IMG/VR virus record: IMGVR_UViG_3300029705_002947
Source of the DNA: an uncultured virus (IMG/VR IMGVR_UViG_3300029705_002947)
Taxonomy: Duplodnaviria; Heunggongvirae; Uroviricota; Caudoviricetes
Strand: one strand, 5' to 3'
DNA: 64,000 nt
Shown here: piece by piece, positions 42,134 through 51,867 of the stretch
Layout of the letters: every line of letters starts with the position of its first letter
Position numbering within the stretch: position 1 is the first letter of the stretch
Program-made: the position numbers and the translations under genes
The notes under the pieces: generated by a model
Told to the model about the DNA's origin: nothing
Databases searched by the model: none
What the model saw: the letters and a program-made list of their open reading frames with translations, nothing else

Positions 42134-42901
42134 TTAAATTAAACTAGTACATATAGGTACTAAATATTTAAAATAATTATATGAAATGTCTATCGAATCG
42201 AAGCCCGAACTGTCTATGTTATCGAGACCGTATACTCTATTTTCAACGATAATGTTAAGCCTGTACGTAGACTGCACATTCATTTCTCTATAATATCCTA
42301 AATCTAATAATCTTGATTTATAGCAATACACAAAATTAGTTACATAATCAATCAATTTGGATTTATTATTAATCTCCATCAATGAAAAATATGTTTTAAA
42401 GAATTCGATCATGTGATGTCTATGCTGATCGTACACAGCATCACCAATTCCCTTTATATCTAATTGATTGGAGTTATAATAAAACTCCAATTTATTCAAT
42501 TCCATATAACTGGTATAAATATTTTTAGGTATAAATTCAATATTACCGAATTTCCTGATATTACATCTTCTAGAAACGAAAATGGCATCTTTCTTTATAG
42601 CCACAATATCCTCCACATTCAATTTGTTCGTAACAATAAACAATTTACGAGCTTCTATGAAGGCTTCATTTTCCTTCTTACTTATTTGTTCATCTTTTTT
42701 CTTAAGTAGACCCATGTGAATATTACGGTCCCTTTTGTCCATTTGCTCTAATTTCTCTATGATCCTTTTATCTATATAACCAAACTCTTTAGCTAAATTT
42801 AATCCTGCTGCTCGTATATCGTATTCTATTATTTCACCATTTATAATTTGTCCTATGTCATGATTAGTAAAATTATGTCTCTCCCAAATGTTTTTAGACA
42901 A
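42134..42901 (-). CDS. Stand-alone family-B DNA polymerase-like catalytic core (no exonuclease domain)
   Basis: Motif A-like EYDIRAAGLN, motif B-like RNIHMGL, motif C-like IKKDAIFV, then LDIKGI; TTG start with GGAGG SD. Confidence 0.6.
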   Translation of the reverse strand: MSKNIWERHNFTNHDIGQIINGEIIEYDIRAAGLNLAKEFGYIDKRIIEKLEQMDKRDRNIHMGLLKKKDEQISKKENEAFIEARKLFIVTNKLNVEDIVAIKKDAIFVSRRCNIRKFGNIEFIPKNIYTSYMELNKLEFYYNSNQLDIKGIGDAVYDQHRHHMIEFFKTYFSLMEINNKSKLIDYVTNFVYCYKSRLLDLGYYREMNVQSTYRLNIIVENRVYGLDNIDSSGFDSIDISYNYFKYLVPICTSLI

Positions 42902-42945
42902 TAATATTCACCTCCCTTTTTATTAATTGTTTAATAAACGATAAA

Positions 42946-42976
42946 AAAATATAAGAGTCAAACGCTCTTATATTTT
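42946..42976 (-). terminator. Terminator
   Basis: AAAATATAAGAG...CTCTTATATTTT. Confidence 0.7.
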
Positions 42977-43795
42977 CATATATGGTACATCAGATTCTTT
43001 TAATATACCTTCGTCAATTAATATTTTTATATCTGCTTTATATGACATTGCACATAATCTTTTTGCTAATAATCGTCTTGCTTCTTCTTCATATATATAA
43101 ACTTCTGAATCAAATCTTTCATCTAAGAATCCTAATTCATCTAACTTTCTCATTATATCATCCATTCCAAATTCTCTTAGTTTTGTATAATAAGTTATCA
43201 TTCTAAACTTAAATGCTTCTCTAAATACTCTTAATGCTTCAATCTTATGTTCTGCTCTTGCATTCGCTTTTATCTGTCTTTGTTTTGATATAAACATTTT
43301 TCTATTAAATTCTGGTTCTAATTCGTTAATATTTAAACCATATTCATCCCATCTTATTATCGTCATCCCTTCTTCTTGTGAGAATTGTTTTATAAATGTT
43401 TTGACTATATAATCTAATATATCATCGGTTAATGTTACTGTATTAACTCTCTGTGTTGTATCTTGGAATATTGTTGGAAATACTATAACTAAATCGGGAT
43501 AATCTATAAAATCATTAACTATAGCTATTTGTCTACCTTCACTGAATACGTCATGTACAAATTCACTCCAAGCTTTTTCCATTTCTGGACCTGGTTTTTT
43601 ATATCTATTAGAATTTATCTTATTACCTAATCCTGAAAATAATAATGCGTCTTGTAACACATCTAAATTATATCTCTCTATAGTTTTATATTTTTCATCT
43701 GAATCGAATAAGAACTTATATTTAAATTTTGTATTATCTAATTCCTCTACAACTCTTTCTAATTCATTTTCAAATATAGCTATACATGTACTCAT
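42968..43795 (-). CDS. Hypothetical protein (early)
   Basis: GGAGGTAA SD sets the start at 43795. Confidence 0.7.
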   Translation of the reverse strand: MSTCIAIFENELERVVEELDNTKFKYKFLFDSDEKYKTIERYNLDVLQDALLFSGLGNKINSNRYKKPGPEMEKAWSEFVHDVFSEGRQIAIVNDFIDYPDLVIVFPTIFQDTTQRVNTVTLTDDILDYIVKTFIKQFSQEEGMTIIRWDEYGLNINELEPEFNRKMFISKQRQIKANARAEHKIEALRVFREAFKFRMITYYTKLREFGMDDIMRKLDELGFLDERFDSEVYIYEEEARRLLAKRLCAMSYKADIKILIDEGILKESDVPYMKI

Positions 43796-43826
43796 ACAGT
43801 TACCTCCTAATATTATATTCACTTTT

Positions 43827-43858
43827 ATTATATATAATTAAAATATTTACCTATTACA
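43827..43858 (-). promoter_or_regulatory. Early-type promoter motif (variant)
   Basis: TGTAAT-N18-TATATAAT. Confidence 0.55.
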
Positions 43859-43868
43859 CATGTAGATA

Positions 43869-46784
43869 TTATTCTACATGTGTAAGGAAATCTAATCTTG
43901 TAGTTGCTCCACTTAACTCTAATATATTTATCTTCATTACTCTATTAGCATAAGCATCTGTTAAATTTGTTTCTGCTAAATCATTCATTAAGATTTTAGT
44001 TTCACCACACATGTTATGTTTTTCATTTAACATATCAACTATCGCCTTCTTAACTAACTTATCCACATCTTTAATTGTTGCTATAGATAACATATCTTCA
44101 TATTCGTTTATAATTTCTATTTCCTTTTCTGTCAATGCATATCTCATTATATCGTTACTTCTTTTAATTGCATAATCCTTCATGACTTTTTCTGTGAAAT
44201 TTAAGTTTCTTCTTTGTAAATTACGTTTAAGTTCACTTTTCTTAGTTATTTCATCAGGTATTTCTGTATCAAATATTGCATCGTATCTTAACTCTATGTT
44301 TATTAACACATATTCTTTCTTATTGAACATTTCTGGTTTAAATGTATCTTCATTAGAATCTATATCAACTAACTTAGCTTTTATTCTTGGTCTTACTATT
44401 CTAGGATGAGTTACACAACCAACTTCTTTAGCTAAACTTCCACCATATTTAAATACGTCGAATACACTATCAGGTAATACATTTCTATATTGAAGATAAT
44501 ATTCGTTTAATATATGTTCTTTTACATTTGTTATATTTGTGAAATCTGTATTAGTTATTATATCTAATATATTAAGTTCTGTTGGAGACATTACAGCTTC
44601 CATATCATAATAATATACTATCTTATGATCATCCAATAAACCTTCTAATCTATATCCCTCATTTAATAATTCATCTCTTAATTCCATTTTAGCTTCTCTT
44701 AACATTTTAACCATTTGATCACTATCTTCAGCTATATTTAAATAATAATCAGGATGGTTTATATCTACACTATTTTTAGATGGTTGAACTACTTCATAAT
44801 ACTTGTCTAACATTTCATAATATTTCTTTAATTCTCCTCCAATGTTCATTATTAAATTATGTCTAGGTGGTTTCATACTATCTTCAAATCTATTCATAAT
44901 TTGTCCAACTACCATATTTCTGTTTGTTATAACATCATATAAATCTTCTGGAACTTCAACTTCTTCGTCTATTCTATAAACTGCTTGGAATTCTGATTCT
45001 ATCTTATCCATGTCATAATCAAATTTGATTAACATATGTCTGTATAATGGGAATGCGAAATCGTTTGGTTTCCATCCTCCTAAAATATTCTTAGCATTTA
45101 CTCTTGGACTATAATCTAAATCTATAAACTCACCATTTAGATAAGTTGTATAAATATCTCCTGTTGTATAATCAGATTCATCTTCTTCTAAACATCCAGC
45201 TTCTTTATATCTTAATTTTATTACAGTTGTTAATGCATCTTCTAAATCATCGTAAGCTTGGCGTAAATCTTTTTCTGCACTATAAACTTTATAATCTTTA
45301 TCTAATTTTTCTTGTTTCTCTTGTTCTTCTTTAGCTTTTATTTTTTCTTCAGCTTCCATTCTTTCATTAATTTCAAATAATTTTACTAAATCATCCATTG
45401 AAAGTTCATCACCCATACTTTCAACTTGATTCATAAAATCACTTTCTGCATCAAATGTAGTTCCAAAGCTGTTTTGGAAATCTGCTGTAAAGAAATCATC
45501 TAAAGATGTTGATATAACTTTATTATTTTCATCTTCAGCTACTCTATCTATTATCTTTAATTCTGATTCATAACCTTTAACTATATATTCTTCATCTTCA
45601 TAACTATCTGGAAGATCTTCTAATTCCTCTTCAGCTTCTTGTTCTTTATCAAATTCTTTCTTTAATTCATTAAATAACTTATCATATCTAGCTTTAGAAA
45701 ACTTTTCAAAATCTTTTATATAAGCATCTACATTTTGCATTGTTAACTCTAATGCTACTAATAAGAATGGATATAACACCTCATCATATTCTTCTTTTCT
45801 AGATATAATTTCTTCTTTAAGATCATAATAATTATCTAAAGTTATACCATAAGGACTTTTAACTAAATCTGTTAGCATATTAAATTGATCCATAGTTCTA
45901 TCAATTCTTTCTTTTATATCTTCTGGCATTTTAAATTCTTCTTTAGGTGCTTCTTCTATAACTATTTTGTCTATTACATCTACCATTATTTCACCGTTAG
46001 CATCAAACTTAATATATCTATCATCATGAAGATTATCAACTATGTTATCTATTATATTTGCATAACCAAATGCATTTCTTAATGTTGTATACTTAACTTC
46101 TGTATGACAATCTGTTTTTGTACATACCAATTGTGAATATCCTGATTCATATTCTAATGAACTTCCACATACAGGACATCTAGCAATTTTCTTCCAAGCT
46201 TCATTAGTTAATTCATAAAGATATCCATAATCTAATACAACTATATCACCATTCATTCTTCTTCCCCAGTTACCATAATTCTTATTACTTGTACCCATAT
46301 CACCTAAGATATAATTCTTAACTATGTTATTATTATCACCTAGTTCTATTGATAATGTGTCTAATATCTTCTTAAGCGTTGAGTTATAATCAATGAAATC
46401 TTCCTGATCCATAACTGTAACATATTCACTTACTAAGATAATACCATTTGTTTCATATGCTTGTGCTAAATATTTACTTTTATATTTAGCTTGTGCCAAT
46501 TCGTTCATATTATCTATATAAGCTAGATAATTATATGCTACTTTTATAATATGATTGTCAAGAAGACAAACGAATCTGTTTGTCCCCTCACCAATTCTTC
46601 TATAATCTTTTCTGTGACCAAACTCTTTTGTAAATAATTCATCAAATATGATTGTCTTTTCTACTATACTTATACAATCATTTGAATAAACATCATAAAT
46701 TTTTCTCATAAATTCCTCTGAGAAATTTTTCTTAATTAAACTTTGAATTTTAACCTCATCAACTTTTACTAATTTTGTTTTCAT
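43869..46784 (-). CDS. Protein-kinase-like domain plus Zn ribbon plus long acidic region
   Basis: IGEGTNR Gly loop, IIKVA Lys, N.NE, LVSEYV, GD......N.G, VVLDYG; CPVC...C....C. Confidence 0.7.
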   Translation of the reverse strand: MKTKLVKVDEVKIQSLIKKNFSEEFMRKIYDVYSNDCISIVEKTIIFDELFTKEFGHRKDYRRIGEGTNRFVCLLDNHIIKVAYNYLAYIDNMNELAQAKYKSKYLAQAYETNGIILVSEYVTVMDQEDFIDYNSTLKKILDTLSIELGDNNNIVKNYILGDMGTSNKNYGNWGRRMNGDIVVLDYGYLYELTNEAWKKIARCPVCGSSLEYESGYSQLVCTKTDCHTEVKYTTLRNAFGYANIIDNIVDNLHDDRYIKFDANGEIMVDVIDKIVIEEAPKEEFKMPEDIKERIDRTMDQFNMLTDLVKSPYGITLDNYYDLKEEIISRKEEYDEVLYPFLLVALELTMQNVDAYIKDFEKFSKARYDKLFNELKKEFDKEQEAEEELEDLPDSYEDEEYIVKGYESELKIIDRVAEDENNKVISTSLDDFFTADFQNSFGTTFDAESDFMNQVESMGDELSMDDLVKLFEINERMEAEEKIKAKEEQEKQEKLDKDYKVYSAEKDLRQAYDDLEDALTTVIKLRYKEAGCLEEDESDYTTGDIYTTYLNGEFIDLDYSPRVNAKNILGGWKPNDFAFPLYRHMLIKFDYDMDKIESEFQAVYRIDEEVEVPEDLYDVITNRNMVVGQIMNRFEDSMKPPRHNLIMNIGGELKKYYEMLDKYYEVVQPSKNSVDINHPDYYLNIAEDSDQMVKMLREAKMELRDELLNEGYRLEGLLDDHKIVYYYDMEAVMSPTELNILDIITNTDFTNITNVKEHILNEYYLQYRNVLPDSVFDVFKYGGSLAKEVGCVTHPRIVRPRIKAKLVDIDSNEDTFKPEMFNKKEYVLINIELRYDAIFDTEIPDEITKKSELKRNLQRRNLNFTEKVMKDYAIKRSNDIMRYALTEKEIEIINEYEDMLSIATIKDVDKLVKKAIVDMLNEKHNMCGETKILMNDLAETNLTDAYANRVMKINILELSGATTRLDFLTHVE

Positions 46785-46789
46785 ATAAA

Positions 46790-48706
46790 TTACACATCCT
46801 TTCTTTCATTTTTCATTGATTTTTCTAATAATGTTGCATCAAACATTGGTTTACTTTCATCTAATGCTGCATCTACGAAATCATCTATATTAGTTCTTTC
46901 ACTAAACATATTATTACCGTCTTTCTCAGATGTTAATTCGTATACTTTATTAGCTAACTCATCATTATTTTTCATATAGTTTAATAATTGTGATGGTTTT
47001 GGTTCTAAATAGAATCCATGCACTCTTGTATCTATTTCATTATATCCAGTTGCTTCATCTCTTGTCATTGTTGATTTATTAACATTATCTGCGTCTTTTG
47101 TCAACTCTGTTAATTTACCTTTAGCTCTTTGTCCTAATTTTCTAACATAAGCTGAAACGTTACTTTCACCACTTCTAACTTCTGCTTTAACTGATTCTCC
47201 AAATGTTGCTGAACCTTTTGTTTCATATACTGAACTTGCAACTTGACTCATATTAGATTTACGTTTTTGATCTTCTTGATATTCTTTACTGAATGTATAT
47301 TCTACTGCATATTTAGTTAATTCTGTAACTTTTGTTTTATCCACGGTATTACTTAAATCATATCCGTTTATTGCGATCAATTGTTCTTCTAAGAACTTTT
47401 TATAACCTTCTTTTGTATATTCATTATTAATTAATTTTGCTTCTGCTATTGTTCTATCGTAATCATTTTCATACATCAATTTATCATATTCAAGTTGTCC
47501 TACTACTGCATTTAATGATAAATCATCAAGATCACTTACATTATAGAAATCTGATTCATAATAATGTTGTGTTGATAACATCTTATCACTATCTAAACTT
47601 TCTTGTATTAAATAACCTTCAAGTTGTTTATCTGGGTCTCCTGATCTGATTAATTCTTCTGCGTAAGCTTTTATAGATTTGAAATTGTTGATTTGTGTAA
47701 ATCCATTAATGTTATATTGATCTGTTTTATATAACATTTTAAGATCTTCAGGTAGGTCTTTAAACTTAGGTGGTGTGTTATCATATATTTTATAATCTAA
47801 TCCATCTACTTCTATTTCTTCTATTTCATCTTCAAATTCTTCTCTTATACGTTTACCCATATCTTTAACCAATGCTAATGCATTTAGATTTATACCTTTA
47901 TCTAATTTTATATTTCTAGCATTTTTCTTGAATCTAGGTTTAACTGTTGGATAATATTCATAAGCTCCAAATATACCACCCAATTCTTTTGCATAGAAAT
48001 AATCTTCTTTACTTCCATACTTATCGAATAATGCTTGTTTATAAGTTTCTATTAAATCCTTTGCTTCTTCATAATCTTCATAACGTTCATATATAGATCT
48101 CCCTAAACCTCCTTTACCTTTATCTTTTAATCTTTTAACAAACTCAAAATATTCTTCTTTAGTTTCTATTAATCCTGGAATTATTACACCAACATCTTCT
48201 CTAAGATCATCTGGAATATCAGCTTCATTCATTTTATATGTTGAACCATTATACGTATTAACATATATATTATTCATTACTTCATCAAATGTTGGTTTCG
48301 TGAACTGTGCTATCGCCTCAGATTCTTCTTCCTCTTTAGAAACTATTTCATTATATCTATCAACTGCTTTCTTACTAAAACCGTTTTGCATAACAGCTTT
48401 AGGTTTACTACTAACTCTATTACTATTGATACATTCTTCTATAAAATCCATTGCTACATCTGTTTCCATAAATCCATATGAATTATCTTCTTCTGAATTC
48501 TTTATTGGACATTTTCTCTCATCGTTTATTATTGTTACTTTAAACTTCGGATGTGTATCTTCTATTATATCCATATGATAGTTAAGATAATCATCATCAG
48601 ATTTGAATTCATTATATATCTCATTTAACTTTTCTCTACTCATTGGTGTTCTTACTCTTTCTACAATATAATTTACTGATTTACTTTCATCAATTTTCTT
48701 AGCCAT
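46790..48706 (-). CDS. Hypothetical protein (early)
   Basis: 638-aa ORF, GGAGGTAA SD. Confidence 0.75.
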   Translation of the reverse strand: MAKKIDESKSVNYIVERVRTPMSREKLNEIYNEFKSDDDYLNYHMDIIEDTHPKFKVTIINDERKCPIKNSEEDNSYGFMETDVAMDFIEECINSNRVSSKPKAVMQNGFSKKAVDRYNEIVSKEEEESEAIAQFTKPTFDEVMNNIYVNTYNGSTYKMNEADIPDDLREDVGVIIPGLIETKEEYFEFVKRLKDKGKGGLGRSIYERYEDYEEAKDLIETYKQALFDKYGSKEDYFYAKELGGIFGAYEYYPTVKPRFKKNARNIKLDKGINLNALALVKDMGKRIREEFEDEIEEIEVDGLDYKIYDNTPPKFKDLPEDLKMLYKTDQYNINGFTQINNFKSIKAYAEELIRSGDPDKQLEGYLIQESLDSDKMLSTQHYYESDFYNVSDLDDLSLNAVVGQLEYDKLMYENDYDRTIAEAKLINNEYTKEGYKKFLEEQLIAINGYDLSNTVDKTKVTELTKYAVEYTFSKEYQEDQKRKSNMSQVASSVYETKGSATFGESVKAEVRSGESNVSAYVRKLGQRAKGKLTELTKDADNVNKSTMTRDEATGYNEIDTRVHGFYLEPKPSQLLNYMKNNDELANKVYELTSEKDGNNMFSERTNIDDFVDAALDESKPMFDATLLEKSMKNERKDV

Positions 48707-48746
48707 AAGTTACCTCCTATTTATTTTTATTTTATTAATCACTTTT

Positions 48747-48778
48747 ATAATATATAATTGAAATTATACCTTTTTACA
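48747..48778 (-). promoter_or_regulatory. Early-type promoter motif
   Basis: TGTAAA-N18-TATATTAT. Confidence 0.7.
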
Positions 48779-48790
48779 GCAGGGTAAAAA

Positions 48791-48826
48791 AAATATGAAA
48801 AGGATCATACAATCCTCTTCATATTT
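48791..48826 (-). terminator. Terminator
   Basis: AAATATGAAAAGGAT...ATCCTCTTCATATTT with A-run. Confidence 0.7.
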
Positions 48827-48834
48827 ATTAAGTT

Positions 48835-50046
48835 TTACATTTTACCATCTTCTTTCATTTTTATTATAACTTTCTTTAACCATGTATCATATCTACCCAT
48901 TAATTCCATATTTCCTAAATCATATTTTGTTAAATGAGCAATATCGTGTTTTTCAGGTTCACCACTTTCTATTTTATATTCTAACATACTTGTATCTATT
49001 TTTATTAAAGATATAACACCCATATGTTCAGAACTAACTTTATTATCGTTAGATTGAATTAAATACATAGGTTCTATTTCTATTATATCTTCAACTTTTA
49101 ATGTTAACTCTTCAGTTACTTCTTTCTTTAAATTTCTATTCATTATCGTTTTTAATCTTGATCTAGATGTATCTCTTTTATCTACAGCCATATGTCCTTG
49201 GATCATTGTAAATTTACCTTTGAATCTCTCTCCCTTACATTTTAAAACTATTAATTCATTTTTATGAACATCATATACAACAGCTCCGATTACTAACTGT
49301 TTTACATCATCTCCATTATATTCTAGCGTATTTCTATTAGCTTTAAATAAGTTTATTCGTGTGTATAATTTATCTGTTACTGGAAGAATTTCACAAGGTA
49401 ATTTGAAATCTGTATAATATATCATTTCATCATATCTTTCATATAATCCATTTTGTCTAAATACTAAATCTCTGTTTATTTTAAACTGTTCTGTTCCAGG
49501 TGTGTATTTATAAATTTGTGCTACTAACGGATCTATAGCATCCATATCATCATCTGATATAGCACTCGAACCTACTGGAGTTCTGTATATAGAACCGTCT
49601 AATTTAACTAATTTAACACCTGCTTCTTTAGCCATTTGTTTTGTAAACTCGTTTTCATATTCGTCAATATAATATATTTCTTTAATTCCTGATTGAACTG
49701 TTAATTTAAAACATGTAACACAAGGATACGTGTTTACATATAGAACAGCTCCTCTTAAATCCTCTCCCGTTTTTAATGCGTTCATTATTGCATTCTGTTC
49801 AGCGTGTACAGCATAACACATATCAAGCATTTGTCCTGATGGTATGTTATGTGCACTTCTATAACATCTATTACAATTATCTATACAATTAGGAAGCCCA
49901 CTAGGAGCTCCATTATATCCTGTTGATAAAATTCTATTATCTTTAACTATAACTGCACCAACTTTTCTTCTCATACATGTACTTCTTAAACTAACTTGAA
50001 CACAAATGTTCATATAATAATCGTTAACATTAATTCTTCTATTCAT
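48835..50046 (-). CDS. dCMP deaminase fused to a Nudix-like domain
   Basis: RSTC.RR.VGA, TGYNG, HAEQN, PCVTC; C-terminal QGH...LKKEVTEEL and HMG. Confidence 0.85.
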   Translation of the reverse strand: MNRRINVNDYYMNICVQVSLRSTCMRRKVGAVIVKDNRILSTGYNGAPSGLPNCIDNCNRCYRSAHNIPSGQMLDMCYAVHAEQNAIMNALKTGEDLRGAVLYVNTYPCVTCFKLTVQSGIKEIYYIDEYENEFTKQMAKEAGVKLVKLDGSIYRTPVGSSAISDDDMDAIDPLVAQIYKYTPGTEQFKINRDLVFRQNGLYERYDEMIYYTDFKLPCEILPVTDKLYTRINLFKANRNTLEYNGDDVKQLVIGAVVYDVHKNELIVLKCKGERFKGKFTMIQGHMAVDKRDTSRSRLKTIMNRNLKKEVTEELTLKVEDIIEIEPMYLIQSNDNKVSSEHMGVISLIKIDTSMLEYKIESGEPEKHDIAHLTKYDLGNMELMGRYDTWLKKVIIKMKEDGKM

Positions 50047-50059
50047 ATTTTATTACCTC

Positions 50060-50809
50060 CTAATCATTAATTTCAACTTTATAATTATACATAGCCTCAT
50101 AAAGATTGTTTGGTATAATATCTCTATATTCATCTGCAACTTTTTGAATATATTTTTCTTTAAACATTTTATAAGCCTCAAAAGCTTTTATTGTCGTATC
50201 ATATCTACCTAATTGGACTCTACCATCGAGTGTATTACATGATACATATATACTTTTACCATGATAATAACAACCGATAGGTAAATTACCTCGACGCATA
50301 TCATTTTTTGTAAATAAACTATTTATCCTTTGTGGTACGAATGTACACGTTTCAGATGAATATTGTAAATTACCTTTAATTAAAATATCTTTATCCAAAT
50401 GCATAATTTCGCCTGGTATTTCATAATAATTTTCATCGAACCAACTTGCGAAATTTTGAAAACAAAGCCAATCATCAGATACATAACAATTGATATATGA
50501 AGGATTTGATGTTGCAGTTACTTTATCATAACAACGAGCTATCATATGTTTCCATACATTATAACTATGAGGATGGGTTTTATGTGAATACTGTCCTTCA
50601 CCTATATACCCTACTCCATATACAGATTTGTCATAAACATTTTTAACTTCTCCTTTTATAAATGCTTGATAATTTGTATAAGTTTGATATTTGTATTCAT
50701 CTTGAAATTCAACTAACACTTTTCTATTATTAATATATTCTATTATTTTCATGACAGTTCCCTTCTTATTAAAAGACTCTTCTCCTAAATGATCTACTGA
50801 TTTTCTCAT
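50060..50809 (-). CDS. Free-standing HNH-type homing endonuclease
   Basis: W..MI.RCY, W.CFQNF..W, LDKDIL..GN..YS.ETC.FVP..IN, C-terminal LG.Y.T...AF..Y. Confidence 0.75.
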   Translation of the reverse strand: MRKSVDHLGEESFNKKGTVMKIIEYINNRKVLVEFQDEYKYQTYTNYQAFIKGEVKNVYDKSVYGVGYIGEGQYSHKTHPHSYNVWKHMIARCYDKVTATSNPSYINCYVSDDWLCFQNFASWFDENYYEIPGEIMHLDKDILIKGNLQYSSETCTFVPQRINSLFTKNDMRRGNLPIGCYYHGKSIYVSCNTLDGRVQLGRYDTTIKAFEAYKMFKEKYIQKVADEYRDIIPNNLYEAMYNYKVEIND

Positions 50810-50834
50810 AAATCTACCTCCTATTTTTTATTCA

Positions 50835-50846
50835 TATATTTTTGTT
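50835..50846 (-). promoter_or_regulatory. Late-type promoter motif
   Basis: AACAAAAATATA upstream of the HNH gene. Confidence 0.5.
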
Positions 50847-50850
50847 ATAT

Positions 50851-51414
50851 CTAATTTAATTTTTCATAAGCCATTTTATCAACTATTTGATTACCTTCGA
50901 ATATCATTTTAAATGTTTCTAAATCTATATCAAAATATTTGTCTATGAATTTCTTATGCATATGAAGTATTTTACTTTCGTTATTATGTGAATTAATATG
51001 GCATATATAAACTGGAATAAACAATTGTAATGATAATATATTTATATATGCAGATTTAATTAATTCTTGGTTCTTTACTTCTCCTGTTGTACTCATAAGA
51101 GTTTCGTCAGTTGCTTTCTTTAACCAACCTTTCATCCATTCATTTAACGATTTTTCGCATAATTGTGAATCAGTTATAATTACGACATTATTGCAATCAT
51201 GTATCTCAACCATGTTTTCTAATACATATTTAGTTCCTTTATATATAGCGTACATTTCAGCATAATTATTCGTATGGTTTCTTAACAAGATAGATTCTTT
51301 ATGAACTATTTTACCATTTACATATATAACATATGCAGCAGCTGCATCAAATCCTTTAGAATTATTAGCACTTATAGAACTGCCATCAGTTACAACATAA
51401 ATAGAATTATTCAT
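50851..51414 (-). CDS. rnhA: Ribonuclease HI
   Basis: TDGS, TNNYAE, TDS, VKNQEL, H..SH, GN..VD..A; SD sets the start at 51414. Confidence 0.9.
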   Translation of the reverse strand: MNNSIYVVTDGSSISANNSKGFDAAAAYVIYVNGKIVHKESILLRNHTNNYAEMYAIYKGTKYVLENMVEIHDCNNVVIITDSQLCEKSLNEWMKGWLKKATDETLMSTTGEVKNQELIKSAYINILSLQLFIPVYICHINSHNNESKILHMHKKFIDKYFDIDLETFKMIFEGNQIVDKMAYEKLN

Positions 51415-51445
51415 ATTAAATACCTCCTTATATTTATTCACTATT

Positions 51446-51477
51446 ATAATATATAATCAAAATAACACCAATTTACA
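51446..51477 (-). promoter_or_regulatory. Early-type promoter motif
   Basis: TGTAAA-N18-TATATTAT. Confidence 0.7.
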
Positions 51478-51490
51478 CAAACATATCTAT

Positions 51491-51580
51491 AAGTAGTCAT
51501 AGGACTACTCTAAGATCTCTCTGGGATCATTAGAATTTTACCTCCAATAAAATTTGATAAAATATATTTTTTATTTAATT
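51491..51580 (+). ncRNA. Candidate sRNA with an anti-SD (CCUCC) loop
   Basis: AACATATCTATA motif at 51480-51491 with no + ORF downstream; three contiguous hairpins; 3' end uncertain. Confidence 0.5.
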
Positions 51581-51593
51581 AAACAGTACGGAA

Positions 51594-51640
51594 AAAATAT
51601 GTGTATATAGTGATATGAATTCACTATATACACATATTTT
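51594..51640. terminator. Long bidirectional terminator
   Basis: AAAATATGTGTATATAGTGA...TCACTATATACACATATTTT. Confidence 0.8.
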
Positions 51641-51867
51641 ATTTAGTTAATAATGCTATCTTACCTTATCCACTATTGATAAGTAACACTATTAACAAAT
51701 ACCGCTCACTCCTACATCAGTATACGGTACACCACACTATTAGCCAAAAGTGTGATTAGTTGAGAATAAACCTACTAAGCCTCGGTGGCGAGATGCAATC
51801 TAGCGAGCATATATATAATGTAGTATATACACATACTCCCGTACCCTCCACTTTTATTCTTCTCCCT
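51594..51867 (-). ncRNA. Candidate ~270-nt structured ncRNA
   Basis: AACAATTATGTA motif at 51878-51867, locally raised GC, several G-U-containing stems, ends in a terminator. Confidence 0.6.

Noticed and set aside
34527..42931. Near-match late promoters AACAAATAATAT (34527-34538) and AACAATTAATAA (42920-42931)
   Set aside because: Well placed but lack the TA at the consensus distance, so not counted as matches
51445..51530. TAG recoding that would extend the minus-strand mini-ORF
   Set aside because: TAG and TGA terminate clear genes here (e.g. 17234, 29950) and long genes lack internal stops, so the standard code fits
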